Assembly (NCBI RefSeq): GCF_009914755.1
Contig: NC_060940.1
Length of the DNA: 64,000 bases
Strand: one strand, 5' to 3'
DNA from: the human T2T-CHM13v2.0 reference genome, Homo sapiens
Below the pieces are notes generated by a model that saw only the letters and a program-made list of their open reading frames with translations, made no database searches and was not told the origin of the DNA. Made by a program: the position numbers and the translations under genes. This document shows positions 20,969 to 49,059 of the stretch, in pieces; within the stretch, counting starts at the first letter, position 1; the number at the start of each line of letters is the position of its first letter.

Positions 20969-21125
20969 CAGTGCTTCTTGAAATGGTATCCCCCCAGCAG
21001 CCGCCTCAGTATCACCTGGGAACTTGCAGGAATGCACATTCTTGCCCCACCCTGGACCCGCTGAGCCAGACTCTCTAGGGTGGGGCCCAGACGTCTGTGT
21101 TTTGACTCAGATGACATCGGTGCAG
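20969..21125. mobile_element. MER5A-like hAT MITE
   Basis: atcacctgggaacttgcaggaatgcacattctt...ctagggtggggcccag...tctgtgtttt. Confidence 0.7.
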
Positions 21126-21925
21126 GCTCGAGAGTGAGCTACTCTTCCAGGGACAACCAGTGTGGTCCTTCCACCCATGCGTGTCCAGGGATGACCAGTG
21201 GGTGCTGGTGTTCAGGGTGGTGTGCGGACATCCATTCATTTATTGCATAATTATTAAAAAAAAAACAACACTCGCTGAGTATCTACTGTGCCCTAAAAAA
21301 TGAGAAAGACTCCGCTAATGTGTAGGCAGTCAACCAGCCCTGGTCAGCGTACTCACAGGTAGGCAGACGGCCGCGCGGAGAGCACCAAGGGGCAGAAGGA
21401 TGCTGCTTGGGGGTGGGGAAGGTGGCGACGCAATGAAAACAGATGAAGGACAAGGAGAAAAAAAATCAAGTGCTGCCAGACACTGGCACAAAGCTGGAAG
21501 GGAGGTCACATCTATCGAGGGGGAGGAGGGCAACACAGGAGGAGAAGAGACAGGGAAACCGCCTCTCCGGTGCCTTCCACAGAGGGTCCATTGCAAGCAA
21601 GTGGAGAATCAGCCACATGCCATGTACTACGTGGCAGGGGTGGCAGCCCGAGCCCTGAGATCGGAGAGCCTATCCCATGTGACGCATGTCAGCCACACAT
21701 CACCCAGGCCTGCGATGAAGGACAAGCGCACGCTCCGCTCTGATGACACGCGCAGCTGGCACGGACCCAGGAGGGATCATGGACGTGAGGAGACGTCAGT
21801 GTCCAAAGAGGGCCCATCAGCCCAGAGAAAGTTGACACAGAATCATGAAACATAATCTACTTAGGGGACAGCTCACTCTCAGCACCAGTACAAAATGTAG
21901 ATTTTATCCATTAATACTTCCATAA

Positions 21926-22873
<948 letters not shown>

Positions 22874-22980
22874 CTAAGAGTTTGGCAGAGTTTACTCTGC
22901 ACAGTTCAGGGAGGGCACTGAGTCTGTGGGCATAAACACTCAGTCCCTCGTGGGATGTGCTGGATCAAATCAGATCCTTT

Positions 22981-23100
22981 GCTCAGATACTACAGTCCTG
23001 AAGCAATCCTGTTACTATTTGCTTGGATACTACAGTCCTGAAGCAATCCTGTTACTATTTGCTCGGATACTACAGTCCTGAAGCAATCCTGTTACTATTT
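22981..23100. repeat. 40-bp tandem repeat, 3 near-identical copies
   Basis: gct(ca/tg/cg)gatactacagtcctgaagcaatcctgttactattt at 22981, 23021 and 23061. Confidence 0.95.
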
Positions 23101-23870
<770 letters not shown>

Positions 23871-24094
23871 TTCCAAACCAAGATTCTTAATCTCAAAATT
23901 ATGAACAAGATCCTGAAGCTCGGTGATCACCTCAGGATCTCTGTCCCTCCTAAGAGGCTGTAACAGCACCGTCCACCTCATCCCTCTCCGCTCCACAATC
24001 TACAAAATCTCTATGTCCAATCTTATCTTGCCAATCTACAACTGTCTTGTACTACAATATACTCTAATTGTTAATGTTGGTCTGGTAGGTTCGC

Positions 24095-24970
<876 letters not shown>

Positions 24971-26324
24971 TTTCACGTTCTCACCAGCCGTAAAGGGGAA
25001 AGTCTGGGAGGCTCCCGAGACAAGACCATGGTTTCTTCGTGCTCACATCTTCAACCTCCAGCAGGTACTCCAAAATTTTCCACCAGTGCCTGCGTGCCAA
25101 GGTGGCTTCCAAAGAGAGAGCAAATCAAGCCTGGCCACAGGGGACCAGGGCACTTCCCAGAACAGTCCTCTCCCTGGTGGGATCCTTTTGTTCCCTGGAA
25201 AAGCCAACCCCCCTTAATCCTGGGTAGTTTTACCTACCCACAGGCTTGAATTACATCCTAACAAACAGTAAACCACACTTGCTGGGACTCCGTGGGCCCG
25301 AGGGCTGCTTAACAGCTTGGCAGGCATCCCCGGCAGCCACTGTGACCCAGCTGCCCTACAGGCCATTCCAAGCTCCCCCAACAAGGGCACTTTTCAGGTG
25401 AACTCATACAAATGTGTGCCGAGCGATACCCCTGACTTGGAGGGGACTCCAGCTGAGGTCAGCCCTGGAGCAGGCCCCCCACGCCCTATGGATACTTCCA
25501 AGCCCAACTTAGCAAATACAGCTGGAGGCGTCCAACCTCACCCAGTTGTTCAAGGAGGGACCTTGCCCCTTCCTTTGCCTTTAAGGATGAACAGATTTTT
25601 TTTCTACTTAGAAACTCAATGTGTTCCTCTTCTATCCTAAACACTACTGATGTTCGGTAATGCAGACATGTTTACATGCTATTTCTTGTTTTAACAACAT
25701 GAAAACAAAATAAAAATGAACTATGAACTGATGACAGTGTTTGGGAGTTGAGCTTTTTCTGTGGCCAACGCTGCTTTTAAAAACGTTCTATATTAAGGAA
25801 GTGCTGTGGGAACACTGCTGGCCGTGGAAACCGTCCCACCTCCCTGTGCTCCGAAGCCAGCCAGCAGGCAGAGTCCTGGCTGGGCACGAGACGCTCAGGG
25901 CTCACTCGACCCCACGGAAACCAGAGGGAAGCCTAATTTTATCACGCTGTATTTAGACGGTGTGGATTCATTTGAACAAGGAAGTTCCTAGAGTTGTTGA
26001 GATTTTTTTTTTTTGGTCAATGTTTAAATACTACTTTTTTTTCAAGCTTGCCCTAGATACCAACTGTTTATCTAACACACAATTCCAGTGTTGCCAAGCC
26101 TCATGCCAATTTGAAGGGAACAGCCAAAACTTATGCATTCATATAAAAAGAGTCTCTAGGCTCTTATATCTACATTATAATTTTTATCCTAATCACAAAA
26201 CTATTCCGAATGGTAGTGAACAAAGTAATTATTTCAATCAAGAAACATAATGGCCAGCCACATCTATGACCAAATTGACCTAAGCTTTCAGATGTTTTCC
26301 AAAACATCGGACTGCCACAGGTAA

Positions 26325-27580
<1,256 letters not shown>

Positions 27581-28876
27581 AAAGAACCAAGTAGGAAGAA
27601 ATGTGGCCAGTTCCTCCTGGGCAGTGTTGTACAGAACACACCAAATTTCTACAGTGACTCCTACCAGACGTTTCTTGGGAAAGTAAGCAAAGTCCTTTCC
27701 TGAAATTCTGGTAAATTTTCATAAAAATCAATACTTCCCTAATTTAACATTCACATTTTAGCTTACAGTATAACTAGTTATAGAATTGTTCATTAATTCT
27801 AATTGTCTTTCGATTATACAATCTAATATCTAATTTCCATTTTCTATTTCTAGTACATAAGCAAAAGAAATGCCCTTTTGGTCTTATGGAAAACGTGTCC
27901 TATTTAATAAGACACAAATTTGATTCAAATTTCTCTTTCTCCTCCTCCCCCTTAATAATACACTAAAAATAACTGTAATAACATCTTACACATCCTGAAC
28001 GCCTGTACCTAGCAACCTCACTTACTCAGACTATAGCTGACAACTAAAAACCTGCACAAAGGCTGACTCCTTAGCCCTTTCCATCAAACGATATCTGCAG
28101 GCTGAACGAGCTTAATTACTTGTTGGTTTGGTTTTTTAATGTAACGAAGTAAAAACCAGGAGCAAATGTGATACAGGAAAGCACACCAACAGCTACATAC
28201 ATGGATAGCAAAAGAAGCCAAAAAAATTATTTTTTAAAATGTAAGAACTGGAAAAACAGAATGATCTCAGTTTTTTTAAAAAAGCAAAGATTCCTATTTT
28301 TATAGAGAAATTGCTATATTAGTAAAAGCCAAATAAGAGGCAAAAATAACTGAGTCATCAAGAAAATTACCTCTTATTTGGCACAGTCCATTTTTATGAA
28401 AGTGCTTTATCTATTTCAGAAACATAAAATCAAATGTTTGAATTGGTTAAAACAGAAAATTATCTGATTGACTAAAAGAGAAAATCCTCTGCTCTTCAGA
28501 AAACTCAACCATCCAGAAAGTGCTATCACTGACATTTATATCTAACAACATGGCAAATGAGGTTGGTTTCATATTCAACCATTTGCTGTCCCCGAAGCTC
28601 TCTATTAAGGATCTGGCTGATCAGAAAACTTAATATTTAATCAACCTAGAGCAGGCCTAGAAAAGAGGCTACTGTTTAAAAACAAACAACTGATTATATA
28701 AAACATTTACATCAAATTATAATTCAGTATTAAATCTCATGGAATCACGCCTTTCAGGAAAACGTCTGGACACTAGTGAAAATGAAATGGCTAAATCTCA
28801 ATCAAAGTATATTATTAAGTAATAAAAGATTTTATCATTCAACTTTTTTTTTGTCTCTACATAAAAAAAGTATTTT

Positions 28877-31291
<2,415 letters not shown>

Positions 31292-32743
31292 TCAAATGGG
31301 GTTCCTCTAACGATACCCTGCTTTATTCAGGAAACGTGATCCTCAGGAAACCATGTGTAAATTATACTTCTAGAACTCAATCTTACGTATTTATATTTAA
31401 AGGAAGTAAAGAATCTTTTATGAAGTTACAAATCTCACACACGCCCTGCAATTTAGTGGCTCTATAAATCGGAGCTTCCCTATGCTAAATGTGTCTAAAT
31501 GAGAGTTCGTAGTTGAAACAAGAGGACAAAGAAAAAAACACTTTTCAAATTAAGAATGAGCACTATGTCCCAATCACGTGAGAATCTCAGCTATACTTAG
31601 ACAATGGTGGAGATTTTAAGCATATCTATCTCAAACTTTATATTTTACCAATATGAAAAAAGCAGAACCAGAGAGATTAAATTATTTGCCCAAAAGTGCT
31701 TGTTAGTGGAGGAAATGTATTAAGACCAAAAGCTAATTTACAAAAACAAATTAAATTTTCAAATAAGATCATGCTATAAAAGTGCTTCCCTTTCAGAAAC
31801 CACCCTCACCACACCCAGTTTTTAGGCAGCTCATTCACACACACAAAAATCACATTAATGAACATCAGAAGCAGTGGCCTTTCCTTATGGGAAAAAGAAC
31901 TCATTTATGAAGTTCCAGAATGCGATGCAATCCACACTTTAAATAGTAACACAATAGGGTACGAACTAACTGAATCAACATGCAATGAACACTTTCACTT
32001 AAAGTGTCATAGCCTTAATGGTATATTGCATTTAATATCCATACACAAGGAAATAAATCACACGCATGTGGGGTTTCTTCCTTTCTCCAGGCTAGAGTGT
32101 TAGAAAATGTAGTTAATATTTCCCAAACAACTCAAACACGAAAATAAATGATTCAAAAGCTGCTTTTTCCCCGCTTTGGAAGGGGGAAAAAAAAAAGAAC
32201 AGATTTTAATAGCATTACATAAAAATCCTGGAAATTATGCACAAAGACTACCCTGGAGCTTTGCCAGAAACAGGCATGCTGGTTTTCCATGTGTATAAAT
32301 GGTAATCAAATAAGAATTACCAGGAGCTACAATATTATTAAGATAAATATACTTCTTGAAATCTCCATCTTACAAAGCTTAAAAACAATTGCCAGAACTA
32401 GGCCGTTCAACCCCACATTTCCTGGGCCTCCCCTAAGCACTCAGTCCTCTGTGTTTCTGCCCTGCGCCCCACGCCCTCAGCGCAGCACCTCGGAGCCCAC
32501 AGTCCCAAGCTGTCCACACTCTGGCGCCCCTGGGCCCATTCACATTCCCAGGCACCATGCGCTGGTCAGCCCTCTCGGCCACCACCTTTGCTAGAGCCTA
32601 TCAAGACCCTCCGGAGCCTCTATTTAATGAACCACTCAGTCATTCCAGCAAAGCGGTTACTGCCTTTCCTCTACCTGGAGGCTTGTTCTGTGTAGATGTT
32701 TGGGGTGTGGTTTCACACATAACAGGGTACTCACATGTGGAGT

Positions 32744-32746
<3 letters not shown>

Positions 32747-32812
<66 letters not shown>

Positions 32813-32840
32813 TATATATATGTATAAATACATATGTACA

Positions 32841-32883
<43 letters not shown>
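32747..32883. repeat. Compound microsatellite (TA)n(CA)n...(TA)n(T)n at an Alu tail
   Basis: About 21 TA units, ~11 CA units, a further TA run, then poly-T. Confidence 0.95.
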
Positions 32884-34544
<1,661 letters not shown>

Positions 34545-35081
34545 TTTTTATTGTTTTTTTATCACGATTTACCTACATTCACAGACACCTGCCCCTCAAC
34601 AGGCATTAGTGGGAAGATACAGAAAGAAATTCTACATTGCTCTCAATTGTAGGAATGCAAATTAAAGCTTCCAAGGAACTCGAAGATGCACAAACCGTTT
34701 CTTGGGTGGCATTATTTCCTCATAGAAACATGCATATACTATTCATTTTCTTTTCAAAAAAGATGAGGGTAAACTTTAGCTCAGTCTCTCTGAATAAACA
34801 TATCAGACAAACAGAATTAATGAGATTTTAATACCTATAATTTCTCAACTCTTTAAAAAGGTTACTAAAAGGGTATGAAAGTTATCAAAGACCACTGGGG
34901 TTGCATGAAGAGGACTCAGCAGCCAACTTAAAGGGGCTCCCATGGGCCCCAAATGGGACAATCTGAGCATCAAAAATCATGTATCTGTAATGGAATGAAA
35001 TACATCAAATAAGCTAAAATCCAAGAGTTTATATTGATTCTTGAAAAAAATCACCTTTGGAGGACGTTAAGAAACCAACTC

Positions 35082-36085
<1,004 letters not shown>

Positions 36086-36329
36086 CAAACTCAGTCTGTA
36101 AATGGTATAGAAAGGGAAAGAACCAAGCAAATAAAAGCATCTAAACACACACGGCTCCCAGGATCCTAGGATTTCACAGTGGCTGAGACAGCAGGATACG
36201 TGAGGGCAGGGTACATGACAGCAGGGTAAATGCAGAGAGCTAAAGACAGGTATCGTTGTTTTGGCTGTTGCTGCCACTGCTAAGAAAATTATTCCAACTT
36301 TCAGTAACACTAGCTCTTCTCTACTGACA

Positions 36330-37030
<701 letters not shown>

Positions 37031-37617
37031 AAATGAGTTTACAGTAGGATACAGTACAGTTGAAAAAAACCACTCTAGTTCAAACCACGGCCAATAGCTG
37101 GAGTTGCACAGCTGAAGATCTGCTTATAATTCCTCAACCATCGAGGGGCCCATCATCTTAAGAACCTCCAGGCTCTGGGGAACTGAAGCAGCCTAGGAAC
37201 GAGCCTGCTGAACCCCCGAGGGTTTTCAGTAAAGAGGCTGCCAAGTTCGGCAGCTAGAGTTTAACCAGGGCGAGCTATCAGTATTTTGTATTTTGGACAC
37301 TTGCCCTTTTTAGTACGAGAAACTGACACAATCACAGTCCCTAGTGTGTTCTAGGTTTCGGTACTGAACGACACAAGATGTGCGCCAGATTGAGCGCAGG
37401 AAGAAAGAAACACCCTTTAGTGCAATACGAAATGTGACTCAGCCAGCGGGGAGCGTTAGTTATTGATGGAATGGCTGTCCACCATCGAGTCACTATGCAA
37501 ATACGTGCTTTTCTTGCATTATCCCAGTTGATTCTCCCAACGACCCTCTGACAGAGACACCATCATTCCTATAAATTGCAGCGCCCCTAGGTAGCTTGCC
37601 CAAAGTCCCACAGTTAG

Positions 37618-38361
<744 letters not shown>

Positions 38362-38580
38362 TGAACATGAGCAACAAAGATTTACCAGAATCACAAAAGA
38401 TTTTTAAGGATTTTGTAAGAAAAGGTCAATGTATGAACTAAGGTCACTTGCTATTTCCACAGGCAACATGTAATGGGTGTGACAACTCCAATTGGCGTTG
38501 TTTCACACACATGAGAATGCGTGTTTGGGTGGCACATACAAAACCCTCAGTCTTCCCATCTTGCAGCCCAGCTAGCGAAG

Positions 38581-40650
<2,070 letters not shown>

Positions 40651-40651
40651 T

Positions 40652-41175
40652 AAGCCTGGGAAACATAGGGAGACGTCATCTCTACAAATAATTTTTAAAA
40701 TTAGGCCGGGCATGGTGGCTCACACCTATAATCCCAGCACTTTGAGAGGCTGAGGCGGGCAGATCACTTGAGGCCAAGATTTTGACACCAGCCTGGCCAA
40801 CATGGTCAAACACCATTTCTACTAAAAATACAAAAAAAAAAAAATTGGCCGGGCATGGTGGCATGCATCTGTAATCCCAGCCACACGGGAGACTGAGACA
40901 CGAGAATTCCTTGCACCCAGGAGGCAGAGGTTGCAGTAAGTTAAGATCACACCACTGCTCTCCAGCCTGGGCAAGAGTGAGACTCCGTCTCAAAAAAAAA
41001 AAAAAAAAAAATTAGTTGGATGTGGTGGCATGCGCCTGTGTCCTAGCTACTGAAGAGGCTGACATGGAAGGATCATCTGAGTGCAGGAGGTCGAGGCTGC
41101 AGTGAACTGTGACTGCACACTGTACTCCAGCCTGGGCAACAGAGGAAGACCCTGTCTCAAAAAGAAAAGAAAAAA
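40652..41175 (+). mobile_element. AluJ interrupted in its middle A-tract by an AluS (40703-41010)
   Basis: The outer Alu halves flank a full inner Alu, with aaaattag on both sides. Confidence 0.82.
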
Positions 41176-42580
41176 AACCTACAGAAACAACAATTTCTAC
41201 TGGATTAGAGGAAGGCATATAAGCTAGGTGCAGCTATCCCTGACTGTCGGGGCCCAGCATTTCACCCTGTTTCCCAGCTTCTGCCCTCTAGGTCACACTA
41301 CTGCCACCACTACTGCTACAACTCATTCTGCCTCCACTGCCACCAGCAGCCTCTAGCGGGTTTGATGTTCCCACCTATCCCAGAACATTGAGCCTTCCCA
41401 CTTAACTCCGCAGAAAGGATGCCAGGAATTTTTTACAAGTGCAATGCTAGCAAAGGCTGGGGAAAATGAGACAAAAAACCTGATTTCCAAGAGCAGACAA
41501 GTTTTACAAGGGGCAGTCTTCTTCGCTGAAGTTGACTAAAATTTAGCCACGGGTTGGCTTGGCTGGTGTGGTTCACTGGGTACATCCACAAGACTACAAG
41601 AATATCACTGCTGTCTGCAGTCTTCCCAGGGGAGGACCACCCTACCCTTGGCCCACACCACGGATGGCGGCCCCACATCCACCCTCTGATGCAGCCCAGT
41701 CCCTTCCCTTCTGTTCCGCGGCAGCACCGGTGCCCGGCCACTTCCCTTGCCAGTTCCCTTCCTGTTTCAAAAACTCTCATCTCTTCACAAAATTCCCTCC
41801 AGGGATGCTAGTTCCTGTTGGAAAAGGTCTTGAGGTGTGTCACAGGCAAAGTACAAATGATATGCCCAGGGCCAGATGGATGACAGGCCCCTAAGCTCAG
41901 CTAGTCCAGAGTCAGGAGGGGACCTGCAGAATTCTAATGGTGAATGATTACACTCTTACAGTTTTGGAATTCCAGCAAAAACACCAATACTAAAATCACC
42001 AACCAAGACAAAGACGAGACTTACGGCCCACGCAGGCTTCTGCACACTCTGTGCCCAGACATGGACAGATTAATGTGGGTTGGTTGGTTGGTTTTTTTCC
42101 AAGATTACTATTCCACAGCAAAGTACATAGGCAACGCTGACCAATATGCAGAAACATAATTACTATCTAACCAAGCTGGCCAGAAGACAAAAATCTTGAA
42201 ACTTCTTGACTTGCTCTAATTGTTCCTTCTCCATGTTTCCCTTCCTTAGGCATTCTACCTGAAAAGACAGCCCTCCCTTCCTTCTTCATCCCATTGGCAA
42301 TTCAGCAAACCTTAACCTTCTCTTGCTTTACCAGAGGTTACTTCTACTCGAAAGCTTGTCTTCAGAATTAACAGCTGTGTCCTTGTCACTGTAAGCCAGG
42401 TCTCAAAGAGCCTGAACAAATGGTCACTGGGGGCAGCTTGAGTGTCGACTCTACTGCTGTTTTCTGTCTCCCACCCCAGCTGTGGAGGGGAACTGTGTGC
42501 CTCATCTCATCTCTGCCATTTGCTATCTGAGAGGCTGTATTTCCACGTGCATAACAGATCCTGCTCAAGAATGCAGGTCA

Positions 42581-44650
<2,070 letters not shown>

Positions 44651-45469
44651 TATATTATTGACTTAAAAATTCTTGTCCCCTATTACAAGAGCAGGAATTG
44701 TTGTCTGTTTTGTTTACGGCTGTATTGCCAGAACCCAGAACCGTGCCTGGCACGGAGTAAATGATTTGCTGAATGAGTAAGCAAGCCAGGGGTTCCGGGC
44801 CTCTGTACTCTGCAAGTCCATCCTGCATTCTCCATTCATACCATAGCAACTTCAAAGGCCCCTCACCCATTCCTGACTCCACATTGTCGCCAAGTCACTT
44901 CCAGAAACTTAAAATGCCATTTCCCATTCACATGGTCAAGCCCTTCCCCTCCTGCCAGTCGTTTGTTTAAATCTGGCTTGCAGTCCCATCAAGCTGCTCT
45001 TCCTAATGCCACTCAGATCCCATCACCTCCATCACTGCTACTGTAACTTTGGATTGGGCCACCATCACCCCTACCTGGGATTTACTCGACACCTCATTAA
45101 TCTCTTTCCAACCCACACTCACTAGCTCTGAAAGAGTGAACTTTCTAAAACTGCAAGTCAGATCACCTAAGCCCCCTGTTGAGTGGTTCCCTGACACCTA
45201 TGGGGTCAAATGCAAACTCCTTCCCACGCTACCCATGGCCTTCCTTGTCCTGATGAACAACTAACAATCGTCCGCCCCCACAGAGAAGCACAGGGCCCAG
45301 CCATACCCACCTCTCCGCTCTGCCCTGGTGCTCTTCTGTCCACCTGGAGAGCCACAGCCTGATCTCAGGACCCAGCTCCAGCAGGAGCCCCCTCTAAAGC
45401 GCTCCCCACTCCCGAACATACTCCACAACATTTTTAACTGTGAGCTCACGGAGGTTGGGAACTATTAAC

Positions 45470-46270
<801 letters not shown>

Positions 46271-46272
<2 letters not shown>

Positions 46273-46313
46273 CGATCACGGATCCTGCTCCACGATCACG
46301 GATCCTGCTCCAC
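46271..46313. repeat. Perfect 20-bp tandem duplication at the LTR edge
   Basis: cacgatcacggatcctgctc x2, then cac. Confidence 0.92.
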
Positions 46314-47850
46314 ATCCACAGTGCCAGGTGCACAGTCAGTGCCAGGGGCACGACACAGATTTCAGAGTGAAGGAATGTGCAGAAATCATGAAACTACCCT
46401 TCTGCAAAGCCTGTTCGGATAAATTTGAATGAGAGGAGCTTCCTTCTGTGCTCCCAGGCTAGTTCTAGAAGCCCCTTCTCATTCTATGGATGCCCATTCC
46501 TGCAGGGCCGCTACTGGCTGCTTTTTAACCCTGGGATCAGAAAAGGGGGTAAGAGGGAAAGGCTAATACACCCAGTATTGGGGTTTTTTTTGTTTTTGTT
46601 GTTGTTGTTTTTTAAGACAGAGTTGCTCTGTCGCCCAGGCTGGTGTGCAGTGGCGCAGCCTCGGCTCACTACAACCTTCTCTTCCCGGGTTCAAACAATT
46701 CTCCTGCCTCAGCCTCCCGTAATACCCAATATTGTATAGAGAAAACATCTGCCACCAGCCCAAAGGCAGAGGCTAAAATCGATCTTACATGTAGATAAGC
46801 TTAACTATGTGTGTGAAAGGGTCTTCTACAAACTGTGCTGTCATCTCAATTTAGCTTTGTAAGGACAGTTTCCAAAAGGGCCAGGAAGTTGTGTAGACAT
46901 ACTCTATTCCTGGAGTCCTATCCACAAAGGTTTGTAAAATGAGCTCAAGAAAACAAAATCGTGGTCTCAGAGAAAGAGCTAAAGGAAAGAATATCACTTT
47001 TAAAAAATCAGCAGCTAAGCTAAGCCTTCTATCTTCCCTACTCCCTACAGTACTAAAACTTTTATAAATATACAATGTACACAAATGTCAAGAAAAGTTA
47101 ACTTACCAAATTTACACTATTTGAGGTTTAAAAAAAAAAAAACACAAACTCACTCTAGCATTTTTTTTTTTTGGCTCTGTGTCTGAGACCCCTGATCTAC
47201 AAACTTAAAAATAAAACTACTCATAAATTCACAAAATAGGTATTCAATGACTTGGCAATTTCCAAACATATTTAATAATTACACCCTCTTCATTTTTGAA
47301 ATTCGAGTAATACAGCATACAAAGTACAGCTTACAAAACGTTCTCATTGTCCTGTGGGCCAACATATTTAATTTAACGTACTGCCGCCCAGCTCCACCGT
47401 CCCACAGTCTCCAAGGACAGAGCTCACAACACCTGGGCCCTAAAAATGCCAAGGTGGCAAGCAGGGGGTTACACCCACAGCCCCGTCCACTGAGACCTTC
47501 AGACTCAAGAGCGAGTGCCACCGCCCTAAACGGAAAGACACTCATCACGGCAGCATCTTTCAAGTGAACAGAAAGTGTAGTTTCTGACCTTGTTAACATA
47601 GTCCTTAAAGTGCTCTAGGTTAGGGGAATTCTCGGGTGAAAATAGTTTTCGTCTACATCCATAAAATCTTCAACAGCAAAGTTAGTAAAATAAAGAAAAA
47701 TCAGAAGAAAGATGATGTTCCCTTGCCAGAGAACAAATACATAAAAGATACAGGAGCTCAGATCACAAGCCAGAGAAAGAGAATGCCAACTGGACACATA
47801 GGATGATCTCACACCAACGACCTATGCAGGCCCTACCTCAACCACTGGAC

Positions 47851-47938
47851 GTCTCTGACTGACACTATTACTTCTGCCGTCTCTGATTGAAACTATTACT
47901 TCTGCCATCTCTGATTGGAACTATTAATTACTTCTTCC
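47851..47938. repeat. 28-bp tandem repeat, 3 diverged copies
   Basis: (g/a)tctctga(c/t)tg..actattacttctgcc at 47851, 47879 and 47907. Confidence 0.85.
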
Positions 47939-49059
47939 GAGGATTCCCTTTCCTGAGGCTTTTAACTGTTTAAGTATGCAGTGTGTGGGGACCACAAAAT
48001 ACAATACAGCTTCACAAAAGCAGGCTTTTAAAAAAAATCAGTGTTATTTTCTCTACATACTTCCACAATAGATGTTCCCCTCAATCCTGAAGATTTTAGT
48101 AAAACATAAGGACTGTTTAAAAAGGAGGAAGTGGGGGAAGAAATGTAGCAGATTACTTAAAATCTTTCTTTTTCGTCCTACTTATTTTAATATCATTTTC
48201 CAGATCTCAAAGACTTTTGTCCTATATTAGAAAAAACAAGCAGCCCAGTAAAAACATCAAGAATAGCAGTAAGGAGCTTCAAACCAGGGACCAGGCACCA
48301 GATCCAAACCTGAGAGGATGAGGGAGGGGAATACCAGCTCTCCGGCAGGTACGTTTCTCCCTTCCAAATCACCTGGTGGCTGGAGAAGCTCAATATGAAG
48401 CTCTTCACTTAAGGCAAATACTATGATAATAAAATATCCTTAAACAAATGATGGCTGAAAGCTGAAAATGCAAACTTTTTTTTAAAAAAAAAAAAGACCT
48501 AGATAAAAGACAGTGTGTACTCAGAGGTAAGTAACTCCGTCTAATTCTCCAGAGACCTGCAGGACTGCGCCGACTTCCTATCCCTATTTTGAGGATAAGC
48601 AAAGTGAGGCCTAGAGAGGAGAAAGATTTTATTCTCCACGTTTTCGCAAAAAGGGCAGAGAGAAACATTTGGATGGGACTTCAGGGTGACCAAATGAATG
48701 CAAAGGCAATTTCCTTAAGTGCTAAACAGTGCTGAATGCTGAAGGGCTCCATACCCTTACATTCACCGGACGTGCCCCCACATTTCAGCCAACCAGTGGT
48801 TATGCACGTTCAAAGTTCTCCTTCCTTCTAAAGGTCGCGTCTAGGTCATCTCTGCACAGCGTCCCTTTCTGCAGTGTGAACAGATCTGTGATATTTGACC
48901 CGCTGAAAGAAAAGTCACACTGACCCTGAGATCCCCCCATGGTAAGGCATTCTGAGATACCTGAGCTGTCTGCAGACACTGAGGCTGGAAGCTTTTTTTT
49001 TTAATTTAATACAATCAGGATCAGGGAGGGGGGATGCCGAGGTAAAGCAGTGCACATAC

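Noticed and set aside
22981-23100. CRISPR-like array
   Set aside because: The 40-bp units are contiguous with no unique spacers, there are no cas genes, and the context is eukaryotic.
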